The translations under genes were made by a program, and so were the position numbers. Below the pieces are notes generated by a model. That model was not told the origin of the DNA. It searched no databases and worked only from the letters and a program-made list of their open reading frames with translations. Below, one piece after another: positions 48,574 to 57,458 of a DNA stretch of 64,000 bases. Origin of the DNA: an uncultured virus (IMG/VR IMGVR_UViG_3300032397_003421) (Duplodnaviria; Heunggongvirae; Uroviricota; Caudoviricetes); the IMG/VR virus record IMGVR_UViG_3300032397_003421. One strand, written 5' to 3'. How positions within the stretch are numbered: the first letter of the stretch is position 1; each line of letters begins with the position of its first letter.

Positions 48574-49173
48574 TTATTTATTGCTCTCTTTTAAATTTCG
48601 TTGTTTTATTGATTTAAAATTTTTAAGTCTTATATTTATATTTTGTTGATCTAACCAAAATTCTTTTCCTTTCGATACTTCTTTTATTTCTAGTGGAGTT
48701 AAAAATCCCTGATATAAAAAATCAGCAATTTTTTTATCTTGTTTAATGATAAAATCAGTGTAAGATTGCATATCACTAACTTTTCCTTCTAAACTTGAAG
48801 ACATATTATGTAACATTATATAACCAAATTTAGAAATATTTATTTCATCGCAACATAATGCAATTATAACTGCAGCACTACAAGCAACATATATATTTGC
48901 AATTGTTTTTGCTTTAGTATTCATTATACTTTCAAAAAATTGAATTGCAGTATCAATATCCCCGCCTAAACTATTTATATTAAAATATATAATTTCTTCT
49001 TTTTTTGCAATTCTCAATATTTCAAAAACTTTTCTATATGTAGAAGGCATATCGATATCAGAATCAAGATTTATAATATAATTATTTTTACTTTCTATTA
49101 TAGGAATTCGAATTATGATTTCTTTTGTATCACTATCTTCGATACTAGAAATATCATCAATATCATCTTTCAT
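48574..49173 (-). CDS. ClpP-like serine protease
   Basis: INSLGGD, ACSAA (catalytic Ser), IMLHN, EFWL; TACTAATA at 49196-49203. Confidence 0.8.
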   Translation of the reverse strand: MKDDIDDISSIEDSDTKEIIIRIPIIESKNNYIINLDSDIDMPSTYRKVFEILRIAKKEEIIYFNINSLGGDIDTAIQFFESIMNTKAKTIANIYVACSAAVIIALCCDEINISKFGYIMLHNMSSSLEGKVSDMQSYTDFIIKQDKKIADFLYQGFLTPLEIKEVSKGKEFWLDQQNINIRLKNFKSIKQRNLKESNK

Positions 49174-49206
49174 AAATAAAAACCTTAACTTTAATTATTA
49201 GTACCA

Positions 49207-49641
49207 TCAATAAGGTTCTATAATAAGATTTAATTCTGAATAAGTATCTAATATTGTTTGTATTAAAATAGAAAATTCTTCAATATCTAGATCTGCTTTT
49301 GAGGGTACACATGGTATTTCTTGTCCAAAAATAGTTAGCATTTGACAAGGCCATAAATTTTCCATAATATAAGTATCTAATGCATTAATTGCATATTTAT
49401 CAAGAGGAATGTTTAGTTTATTTAATATTTGGTTAAGAAGCATAAAATAAGTTCTTATTTGTTTTGAGGTTTTTGATTCTTTATATGCTTTTTTAAAAAC
49501 AAAAGAAAATACTTTATTACTTTTAAAAAGATCAAATAGTATTTCTTTTTTTTCTTCTGTCATAAAATTTGTCTTAATTGTAATAATATCTTTATCTGGA
49601 GTATAATTTATAATTTGACCTAAAAATCGTTCATCACTCAT
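49207..49641 (-). CDS. Hypothetical protein (NinB-like C-terminus)
   Basis: KTSKQIRTYF..PSKADLDIEEFSILIQ. Confidence 0.45.
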   Translation of the reverse strand: MSDERFLGQIINYTPDKDIITIKTNFMTEEKKEILFDLFKSNKVFSFVFKKAYKESKTSKQIRTYFMLLNQILNKLNIPLDKYAINALDTYIMENLWPCQMLTIFGQEIPCVPSKADLDIEEFSILIQTILDTYSELNLIIEPY

Positions 49642-49796
49642 TTATTTATTTAATCCAATTATTTTAATTTTTCTTATCTATATTAATAGTTTTTTTAATT
49701 CTTTTTTAATTTCAGAAATATATTCATTCATTTTTAATGTAAACATTGACATAAACTTTTTCTCCTTTTTAACTTTTATTTAATTCTTATATTTAT

Positions 49797-49825
49797 AGTA
49801 TATAAAAAAGATTTAAAAAATTAAA
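49797..49825 (-). promoter_or_regulatory. Early-type promoter TTTAAT-N17-TATACT
   Basis: Repeated intergenic motif. Confidence 0.6.
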
Positions 49826-49831
49826 CTATTT

Positions 49832-50806
49832 TTATATAAGATGTTTTTTCCCCTCTCTAAACTGTAAAAATAAATTATAATCTTCTAATAACATACCAGC
49901 AGAATTATGATGTCCACCACCACCATATAAAGTAGTTATAATACTCACATCAGTTTCTCCTAAAGATCTTAATGAAATAGAAGGTTCAAATATACCTTCT
50001 TTATCATTATAAGTACTATGCCCAGCAATGTATTTTAATTCTGAAAAATCCTTCAATAATCTATTTGCAATAATACTTAGTTTAGAAGATACTTCAAAAT
50101 ATGCATAATTATTACCTTCATTATCTTTTCGTAAAGAAATATTATTTTTTGCTTTTATATAGAGTTCTTTTTCTTTATCTTCTGCTACTGAAGCTAATTT
50201 TATTTCATATAATGTTAAATAAAAATTTTTACCTTTTTTAAATTTTTCAAGTTGATTTTGAATAAATTTATCATATTTATCTAAAATATTTGTTGTATAC
50301 CAGTTTATACTTCCCCATAATATATTATGTAAAGCTTTTCCATCTTTCCATAAAGCCGAATTTTCTTGCCATAGATCATAAGTATTACATAATTCTACGA
50401 ACTGATGAATACATTTTGAAGTTCTTTTTCCTTTTGTCAATTCATCAAAAAATATTTTAGTTCCACATTTTTCAGTAGAATAAAAATAATCTTCTTCTTT
50501 TATTACATTTAATAATGTAGTATATGCACTTTGATGATGATCAAAAATATATACTTCTTTATTCAATTTAATTAATATTTCATATAATTCTTTAGTTGGT
50601 GTGATATCTGTAAAAATTATTAAATTGAATTTATTTAATTTATCTATTTCAAATTGTTCAATATCACTATAATCACAACTCATTATTAAAGAACTTTTAG
50701 CAATTGGTTCAATATAATATTTATAAATTATTATACTTCCAATCCCATCTAAATCTGAATGACTAAATAAAGCAATATTTTTATCTTTAAATTTTTCTAA
50801 GGACAA
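49832..50806 (-). CDS. DHH/DHHA1 phosphoesterase (NrnB-like)
   Basis: SHSDLDG, FTDI, DHH, YDLW, SLRS, GGGGHHNSAG; TTG start. Confidence 0.88.
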   Translation of the reverse strand: MSLEKFKDKNIALFSHSDLDGIGSIIIYKYYIEPIAKSSLIMSCDYSDIEQFEIDKLNKFNLIIFTDITPTKELYEILIKLNKEVYIFDHHQSAYTTLLNVIKEEDYFYSTEKCGTKIFFDELTKGKRTSKCIHQFVELCNTYDLWQENSALWKDGKALHNILWGSINWYTTNILDKYDKFIQNQLEKFKKGKNFYLTLYEIKLASVAEDKEKELYIKAKNNISLRKDNEGNNYAYFEVSSKLSIIANRLLKDFSELKYIAGHSTYNDKEGIFEPSISLRSLGETDVSIITTLYGGGGHHNSAGMLLEDYNLFLQFREGKKHLI

Positions 50807-50844
50807 AATTAAATTTCCTATGAATATTTTTTATATTAGTAAAT

Positions 50845-51999
50845 TTAACATTTTCTTGAAATAAGTAATTGTTCTAAAAAATATTCCATTATTGTTTTAT
50901 ATAATTTATTTCCTAATACTAAATCTTCACTTTCAGATTCTATACTTGGATTATCATTTACTTCTATTATATAACAAATATTATTTTTAACTTTTAAATC
51001 AACACCATAAAATCCATTACCAATATGTTTAGTTGTTTTTAACGCAGTATTTATTATTTCTAATGGAACATTTTTTATTTTAAATGTTTTAACTTCACCC
51101 TCTACTTTTTTTAAAGAATCCCAATTTACAATTTGCCAATGATTTTTTACCATAAAATATTTACATGCATAAATAACTTTATTATTTAATATTCCTATTC
51201 TCCAATCATAATTAGTTTTAATAAATTCTTGCGCGATTATAAGATCAGATTTTTGTAAAAATAAAAATATATTTTCATAATATTGTTCTTTATTATTTAT
51301 TTTTATTACTCCTTGACAAAAAGAACTATCGGGTAATTTTAATACAAAAGGAAAATTAAAAAGATTTAATACAGTATCAATATTATATTTACTTATTATT
51401 ATTGTTTTAGGTTGTTGTATATTATAGTATTTTAATAATTCAGTCAAATATACTTTATTTGTACATCTAACAATTGATTTAGGGTCATCAATTACAATTA
51501 TATTATTATTATATGCAAGTTTTGCAATTTTAAAAGTATGATCTTCTATACTTGTTGTTTCTCTAATAAATAAAGCATCAAATTTATTTAATCTATTTAT
51601 ATCAGCTTTTGAAATTATTTCTACGTTAAATCCAATACTTCTTCCTTGTTCTACAAATTTTTCAATTGCAGTATTATCTGAAGGAGGTATTTTTTCTTCT
51701 TTATTTAAAAGAATTGCTAAATTAAAAGATTTACTTTTTCTTTTATTTTTATTTTTATTTATTTTTAATATATTATCTATACTTGGATAAACAATATGAT
51801 TTCTTGCTAAAGCAATTAATGATACATAATATCCTATAGATTGATACGTATAACTCTTACAAAAATTAAAAATTATTATTTTTTCATTTTTATTTCTTTC
51901 AAAATTAAATAAATAATCTTTAGCTACTATTATTTTAGCAAAAGAAATATTGAATTTTAATTCATTAATATCTTCAACAACTATATAATTTAACATCAT
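50845..51999 (-). CDS. RimK-family ATP-grasp ligase with RLAN-like N-terminal domain
   Basis: NFCKSYTYQSIGYYVSL.A.AR.H..YPS; DALFIRETT; CTNKVYL; VLKLPDSSF; QEF..YDWRIG; GVDLK; IEVNDNP. Confidence 0.85.
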   Translation of the reverse strand: MMLNYIVVEDINELKFNISFAKIIVAKDYLFNFERNKNEKIIIFNFCKSYTYQSIGYYVSLIALARNHIVYPSIDNILKINKNKNKRKSKSFNLAILLNKEEKIPPSDNTAIEKFVEQGRSIGFNVEIISKADINRLNKFDALFIRETTSIEDHTFKIAKLAYNNNIIVIDDPKSIVRCTNKVYLTELLKYYNIQQPKTIIISKYNIDTVLNLFNFPFVLKLPDSSFCQGVIKINNKEQYYENIFLFLQKSDLIIAQEFIKTNYDWRIGILNNKVIYACKYFMVKNHWQIVNWDSLKKVEGEVKTFKIKNVPLEIINTALKTTKHIGNGFYGVDLKVKNNICYIIEVNDNPSIESESEDLVLGNKLYKTIMEYFLEQLLISRKC

Positions 52000-52133
52000 C
52001 TATTTTTCATATTTAAACTATCATACCTTCCAAACAAATTTATTAATATCTAATAGAAATATTAATATAACTCTAAAAAATTTCATAAATTTTTTATACT
52101 TTCTTTTTTAAAAAAATATAGAATTTTAAAAAA

Positions 52134-52156
52134 AGTTCTGATTATTAATCAGAACT
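52134..52156. terminator. Hairpin downstream of the lipoprotein gene
   Basis: agttctgatt-att-aatcagaact, followed by a T-run on the minus strand. Confidence 0.5.
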
Positions 52157-52213
52157 AATCTTCTAAAAAATCTTATTTGACTTTTTAATATTACAATTAA
52201 TTTTGAGAATTAT

Positions 52214-52522
52214 TTAACAACTTTTTTTTGTAAGCTCTGCTTTTTTTATAGATTCAGTTTTTTTAACTGCATCACAATCTGCAGTACATTTTATTTTTGC
52301 TTTAGTACAAGCATTAATTTTTTTCTTATCTTTAGCAGCATCTTTTATACAAGTATTATTTTTTTTGTCACAATCAACTTTACATGTACCTTTTAATTCT
52401 ACTTTTGCAGATTCAATTTTTTTTATAGATTCTTTAACATTTACTTCTTTTTGATCAGATGAACAGGCAATAAAATTTAAAGCAAACAGCAATATAAGTG
52501 AAAAAATTGAAAATTTTTTCAT
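52214..52522 (-). CDS. Cys-rich lipoprotein
   Basis: MKKFSIFSLILLFALNFIAC signal; symmetric six-Cys array; GGAGG RBS. Confidence 0.65.
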   Translation of the reverse strand: MKKFSIFSLILLFALNFIACSSDQKEVNVKESIKKIESAKVELKGTCKVDCDKKNNTCIKDAAKDKKKINACTKAKIKCTADCDAVKKTESIKKAELTKKSC

Positions 52523-52720
52523 ATAGTTAGTCCTCCATTGGTATTATTTAATTTTTTTAATCAAATTATATTATTATTTGAAATACTCTTACTTAAAAAA
52601 GTTCCTATCTTCCAAATTAAAAATAATGAGATTTTATTTTATTAGTAAAAAAATAAAATAAATTATTTTTAATTTAATTTATCAAAATATTTTATGCTTT
52701 CTGATTTTTTTATATAAGTA

Positions 52721-53020
52721 TTATATCTCCTTAATGTATAATACTTCTTTAAGAGTGAGCATTCCATATTTATTATTTTTAGGATTAATAAAAGAAACAA
52801 AATTACTGTCTATATCAGGTAATCCTTGTGAATACCAATCACCATATTTAGTTTCAATTTTATATAACGTTAATCCTTTATCTATACATATTTGTTTCAT
52901 TTCTTCAATAAAATCTTCCAGCATAGGAAGTATTATCTCATTTTCTTTTTCTTCTTCTTTTTTTTCTTTTTTAATTACATTTAAAAACTTTTCTTTAAAA
53001 TTCATACTATATTTCTCCAT
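52721..53020 (-). CDS. Hypothetical protein
   Basis: 99-aa ORF overlapping the helicase end. Confidence 0.45.
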   Translation of the reverse strand: MEKYSMNFKEKFLNVIKKEKKEEEKENEIILPMLEDFIEEMKQICIDKGLTLYKIETKYGDWYSQGLPDIDSNFVSFINPKNNKYGMLTLKEVLYIKEI

Positions 53021-54851
53021 TTAATAATTTATGTAAGTCCGCTTCAGTGATTTCTTCATTCATTCTACTATTTAAATTTATTCTATTTAAATTTTTCTTT
53101 AAACGTAATTGATCTAATGTATAAGGATAATATAATAATTCTATAATTGAATCAACTTTAGAAATTGCTCTATCAGTTCTATTTTGTGCTTGCTCCATTA
53201 ATGTCGCATCCCAAGCTAAAGTATTAAATATAATATTACTTGCTCCATATTGTAAATTTATTCCTTGAGAACTTGTATACATACTTAATATCATAAGTTT
53301 ATGTTTTTTATCAAAATTAAATAAATCTTCTTTTTCTTTTCTATCACTATCTCGATCTTTAACTTTTAATCCACCATGTACAATTAATGGATTATATTTA
53401 GAAAATTTATTTGCTAAAGAATTTATTGTATCTGGATGTGTATCATATATGATACATTTTTTATCTTGTTCTTCTATTATTTCTTCTATTCTACTTTTTA
53501 GTATTTGAAATTTAGGATCATTTTCAATTTTCCATTTATTTAAAATATTTGTTATTTCTATATCGTCATAGTGTCTTTTTTTAAGAAGTTCTGCATTATC
53601 AAAAACTTCAAGTAAAATATGTAATTTTGATAAAAGTAATTTCCATGTTATTTTATCATATTCTTGTTGTAAAATATATAGTTCTTTTTCAGTCACAAGT
53701 TGATATAATCTTTTTTGTTCTTTAGTAATTTCACATTCAATTTTTTTAATTATTTTTATTGTTTTTATTTCTGATAAATCTTCTTTTCTTTTTTGAATAA
53801 AAATATGTTTATATGAATCCATTAACTTTCTAACATTTGTAGTATTATAAGAATTTATAGCATATTTATCCCATTTGTTACCAATACTCGTAGATATCCA
53901 TAATTTAAATGCAGTTTCAAACATTGGTATTATACTGCGATCAATAAATGATAAGGAACTATATAAATCTTCTATACCATTAATTGCAGGTGTTGCAGAT
54001 AATAATGCTTTATATTCAAAGTATTTTTTTATTGAAAAAAGAGCTTTAGTTTTAATTGATTCTGTGTGCTTAAATCCATGATTTTCATCACTTAATAAAA
54101 AAATATTTTTTTTATTCCATATTTTTTTTATATCAACATAATCAGCTATTTTCCATTTTAAATTTTTTAATGATTTTTTATTATCATAAGATTTATTATA
54201 TGATGCAATAACATTAGCAAGTAAGTCTTGTCTTATTATTAATATTTTTTTATTTTGAAATTTTTCAAATGGTTTTATTTTTAAATCATTATCTATTATT
54301 TGTATATCATCTTCTATAAATAAATTAACAAATTCAAGTATTTGACATTTCCAATGAAACCCCATTCCAATAGGAACAATAATTAAAATACTATCTATAA
54401 TTCCTAATTTATATAAGGTAGAAAACACACAAATATTTATTATTGTCTTTCCAAGTCCAGCATCATGACAATCTAGATATACATTTCTTTGTAGCTCCCA
54501 ATTAACAGATTCTAATTGATAATTTAAAAGTTTAACGCCCTCATTTAAAATACTTGAATCAAATTTTCTATCTCTAAAAAACTTAACTTCTTTTTTATTA
54601 TATTGCTGCTGTAAAATAATAAGTTGTTCTGCACATTCATCAGATATAGAGTATTCTTGATTATCCTTTTCTAACCATAAGATAATCTCATCTATTCTAT
54701 CTGTGGGTATTTTATATTTCTTACTTTTAAAATCAAAGAATAAAAAAAGTTGAGTCAAGTATAATATTACTTGATCAAACTCTTCTTTTTCACAAAATTT
54801 ATCAAAGATAGGTTCTATATAAAAATTATTATAATAAGATAAAAGGTACAT
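53007..54851 (-). CDS. SNF2-family helicase
   Basis: LLNYQ, DAGLGKT, DENH, LSATP, GINLQ, QAQNRTDR. Confidence 0.88.
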   Translation of the reverse strand: MYLLSYYNNFYIEPIFDKFCEKEEFDQVILYLTQLFLFFDFKSKKYKIPTDRIDEIILWLEKDNQEYSISDECAEQLIILQQQYNKKEVKFFRDRKFDSSILNEGVKLLNYQLESVNWELQRNVYLDCHDAGLGKTIINICVFSTLYKLGIIDSILIIVPIGMGFHWKCQILEFVNLFIEDDIQIIDNDLKIKPFEKFQNKKILIIRQDLLANVIASYNKSYDNKKSLKNLKWKIADYVDIKKIWNKKNIFLLSDENHGFKHTESIKTKALFSIKKYFEYKALLSATPAINGIEDLYSSLSFIDRSIIPMFETAFKLWISTSIGNKWDKYAINSYNTTNVRKLMDSYKHIFIQKRKEDLSEIKTIKIIKKIECEITKEQKRLYQLVTEKELYILQQEYDKITWKLLLSKLHILLEVFDNAELLKKRHYDDIEITNILNKWKIENDPKFQILKSRIEEIIEEQDKKCIIYDTHPDTINSLANKFSKYNPLIVHGGLKVKDRDSDRKEKEDLFNFDKKHKLMILSMYTSSQGINLQYGASNIIFNTLAWDATLMEQAQNRTDRAISKVDSIIELLYYPYTLDQLRLKKNLNRINLNSRMNEEITEADLHKLLNGEI

Positions 54852-54852
54852 A

Positions 54853-55050
54853 TTAATATTCCGATGAAATAAGATAATTTAAACAAAGAACTGATGTTTG
54901 TTCAATTAAATTTAAAAGTGTGTTAACTTGATAAATTGTTAATGTACTTAAACATTCATAATTTAACAACTCTTTATTTATTGTATTTCTTATATTTTTA
55001 GGAAGCTCGTTCGCTTGTACTATAATATGTCTTGTTTGATTTTCATTCAT
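54853..55050 (-). CDS. Hypothetical protein
   Basis: 65 aa, AGGAG RBS. Confidence 0.45.
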   Translation of the reverse strand: MNENQTRHIIVQANELPKNIRNTINKELLNYECLSTLTIYQVNTLLNLIEQTSVLCLNYLISSEY

Positions 55051-55119
55051 TCTATTACTCCTATCTGCTTTAAATTGATTTCTAATTTATTTAAAAAATT
55101 ATTATTAACTGTAAACATT

Positions 55120-55920
55120 TTATTTTTCCTTATTTAATTTTTTCATATAAAGTGTAATGCAATCATCTCTTAAATTTTTACTTTCAAAAATAATACGAAA
55201 TATTCCCCAACTATATTGAAATTCATCTATTGCTATTAAAGGATAAAATTTATTATTATCAAAATTAATTCTAATAAAATTTATCATTTGTTTTCCCGAG
55301 TAATTAATAATTATTTCTTTTTCGGCAGTTCTAAGATTCATAATAAATTTACTATTTTCTTCTATATATACCTTTTTTTCATTATTATCTGAAATTTCTC
55401 TTATTCCTTCCATAAATTTAGAAAGAGGTAATGGAGTTTGTATTCCAAGTCCTGACATTCTTAATTCTTTTATTCCATTTCTAGTAAAAATAAATTCATC
55501 TTTCTTAATAAATATTTTTTCTATTACTCCTATTTCAATATAAGAATGAGGTTTTTTCATTAAAATCGCATCATTAAGATTTATGCCTTCTTGTACAAAT
55601 TTCATAATTTCTATATCTGTACATTCTATTTCAGTATTTATTTTTACTTCATATTGAGGATAAAACTGTCTTGTCCATTTATCGATAAGAGTTATATAAT
55701 CATAATATGAAATATTAACATCAATAGGTAAAAAATGTTTATTCTCTCCAATTAAAAAATAAATAGATTTATGTGAACGATCATATGTAGAACATACTGG
55801 TACTGGAACATTTTTTAAAAAAGCTGCTATCTTAAAACATAAAGTTTCAAGATAATACTTATCATTGAACTCCATTTTAGAAATAAATTGTTCATCTTCT
55901 AACCATGTATTTATTTTCAT
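55120..55920 (-). CDS. Hypothetical protein
   Basis: 266 aa, AGGAGG RBS. Confidence 0.6.
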   Translation of the reverse strand: MKINTWLEDEQFISKMEFNDKYYLETLCFKIAAFLKNVPVPVCSTYDRSHKSIYFLIGENKHFLPIDVNISYYDYITLIDKWTRQFYPQYEVKINTEIECTDIEIMKFVQEGINLNDAILMKKPHSYIEIGVIEKIFIKKDEFIFTRNGIKELRMSGLGIQTPLPLSKFMEGIREISDNNEKKVYIEENSKFIMNLRTAEKEIIINYSGKQMINFIRINFDNNKFYPLIAIDEFQYSWGIFRIIFESKNLRDDCITLYMKKLNKEK

Positions 55921-55945
55921 ATTACCTCCTTGTTTTCTCTTTTCA

Positions 55946-57028
55946 TCATTTCTCCAATAAATTTAAAATATAAAAATAATTTTGTGTTTCATCTTCTATC
56001 TTCATCGACATAAAATTATCTTCTTCATTTGTACAATAGAAAGTAAGAGTATTTCCATCACATTTATCGACTATAGATGCTAAATAATTAACAGAAAGTG
56101 GTATTATAGTTTTTTTTATTTCAGGATCTAAATAGGTTAGATAAATATCTTCTTGTGCAAATTGCGTATCTGTATTTTTAATTGTTAATACAGGAACATT
56201 TTGTATATTTATAATAGGTTCAAAATAAATTCTACTTTCTTTATTATTTTTTGCAACAATTTTCATTCTAAATAAAGTTTCTTTTATTTCTTTTTTATTA
56301 ACTGAAAATCTAAATGGATGATTATATTTACACATAATTTTTTCTTGAAACATATTAGGAAGAATATAATCTCTCTTTGGTATAAATATAAATGTCTCTT
56401 CGAGTTTAAAAAAATAAAAATCATCTTTAACAAAAATATCAATTTCTTTAATTTTAAATTCAGTTAATAAAGTAAAAGTTTCTTGAGAAAAATAAAAATC
56501 TTTTCCAAGAATAAAATTTTTTGTTTTAGAAAATGCAGTTACATATAATTTATTAGATGTAACAAAATAATTATTTTGATATGATACAGTTTCTAATTTA
56601 TCTCCATAAGCATAATCCTTTATTTTGTTAAAACAATCAATATCAGTAAGAATAAATTTATTTATATTATTTTCTTTTGTAATATCTAAAAATTTATCTA
56701 CATTTCCTAATTCCATATCTGTATTTACTATATCATAAGAATTACCAAGAAATTCTATTCCTTTTTCTGTTATAGTAATTTCTGTATTATCTGGAATAGA
56801 TCGTATAAGAGATACAAACATTATTGTATCAAATACTATATTATTTTGATTTATTGATGAATAATCTATACTTGTAATTAAATATCCCATATTTGAAGAT
56901 TGACTAAAAATAAGTTTATTATCTTTATAAGATATTTGGAATTTTTCATTTATTGCCATTTTAGAATCTACACACATTGCATATTTTTCAAGAAACGCTA
57001 ATTGTTCTTTTTTAAGTATTATTGACAT
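55946..57028 (-). CDS. DNA sliding clamp (Pol III beta-like)
   Basis: 360 aa; three-domain size; FVSLIRSIP, LKETLFRM-like and LSVNYL..IV patterns of beta clamps; clamp loader present in the window. Confidence 0.6.
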   Translation of the reverse strand: MSIILKKEQLAFLEKYAMCVDSKMAINEKFQISYKDNKLIFSQSSNMGYLITSIDYSSINQNNIVFDTIMFVSLIRSIPDNTEITITEKGIEFLGNSYDIVNTDMELGNVDKFLDITKENNINKFILTDIDCFNKIKDYAYGDKLETVSYQNNYFVTSNKLYVTAFSKTKNFILGKDFYFSQETFTLLTEFKIKEIDIFVKDDFYFFKLEETFIFIPKRDYILPNMFQEKIMCKYNHPFRFSVNKKEIKETLFRMKIVAKNNKESRIYFEPIINIQNVPVLTIKNTDTQFAQEDIYLTYLDPEIKKTIIPLSVNYLASIVDKCDGNTLTFYCTNEEDNFMSMKIEDETQNYFYILNLLEK

Positions 57029-57056
57029 TTTATTCTCCTTTTTAATTTTTTAAATT

Positions 57057-57458
57057 CTATATTATTGTATCAATATTTAACTGTTCTGATATTACTACTA
57101 CTGCATGATGTCCATAATACCCATTATGAATATTATAAGCTGTAAACTGTAAAACCCCTTTATTTGTATTAATATTAACAAACATAACACCACCTTCATA
57201 AATTCTACCAATTTCAGAAAGATATTTATCTTGAGTTAAACAGTCATCTACTATAGTGATAGAATTTATTTCGGCATCGAGAAATTCAACAACATCATCA
57301 TTTGTAATAAAATATCCCCAAGCCTCATAACAGCCTTGACCATTACTTATTCCTAATTTAATTGATTGTTTGTTAGTTATAATAATAAATCCTTCAAAAG
57401 TACGATCATTGGTATTAAATGAATCTTCTTCTATTCTAATTATTTTTTCACCTATCAT
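57057..57458 (-). CDS. Conserved phage hypothetical protein
   Basis: ISNGQGCYE.WGY..FVNINTNKGVLQFTAYNIHNGYYGH. Confidence 0.6.
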   Translation of the reverse strand: MIGEKIIRIEEDSFNTNDRTFEGFIIITNKQSIKLGISNGQGCYEAWGYFITNDDVVEFLDAEINSITIVDDCLTQDKYLSEIGRIYEGGVMFVNINTNKGVLQFTAYNIHNGYYGHHAVVVISEQLNIDTII

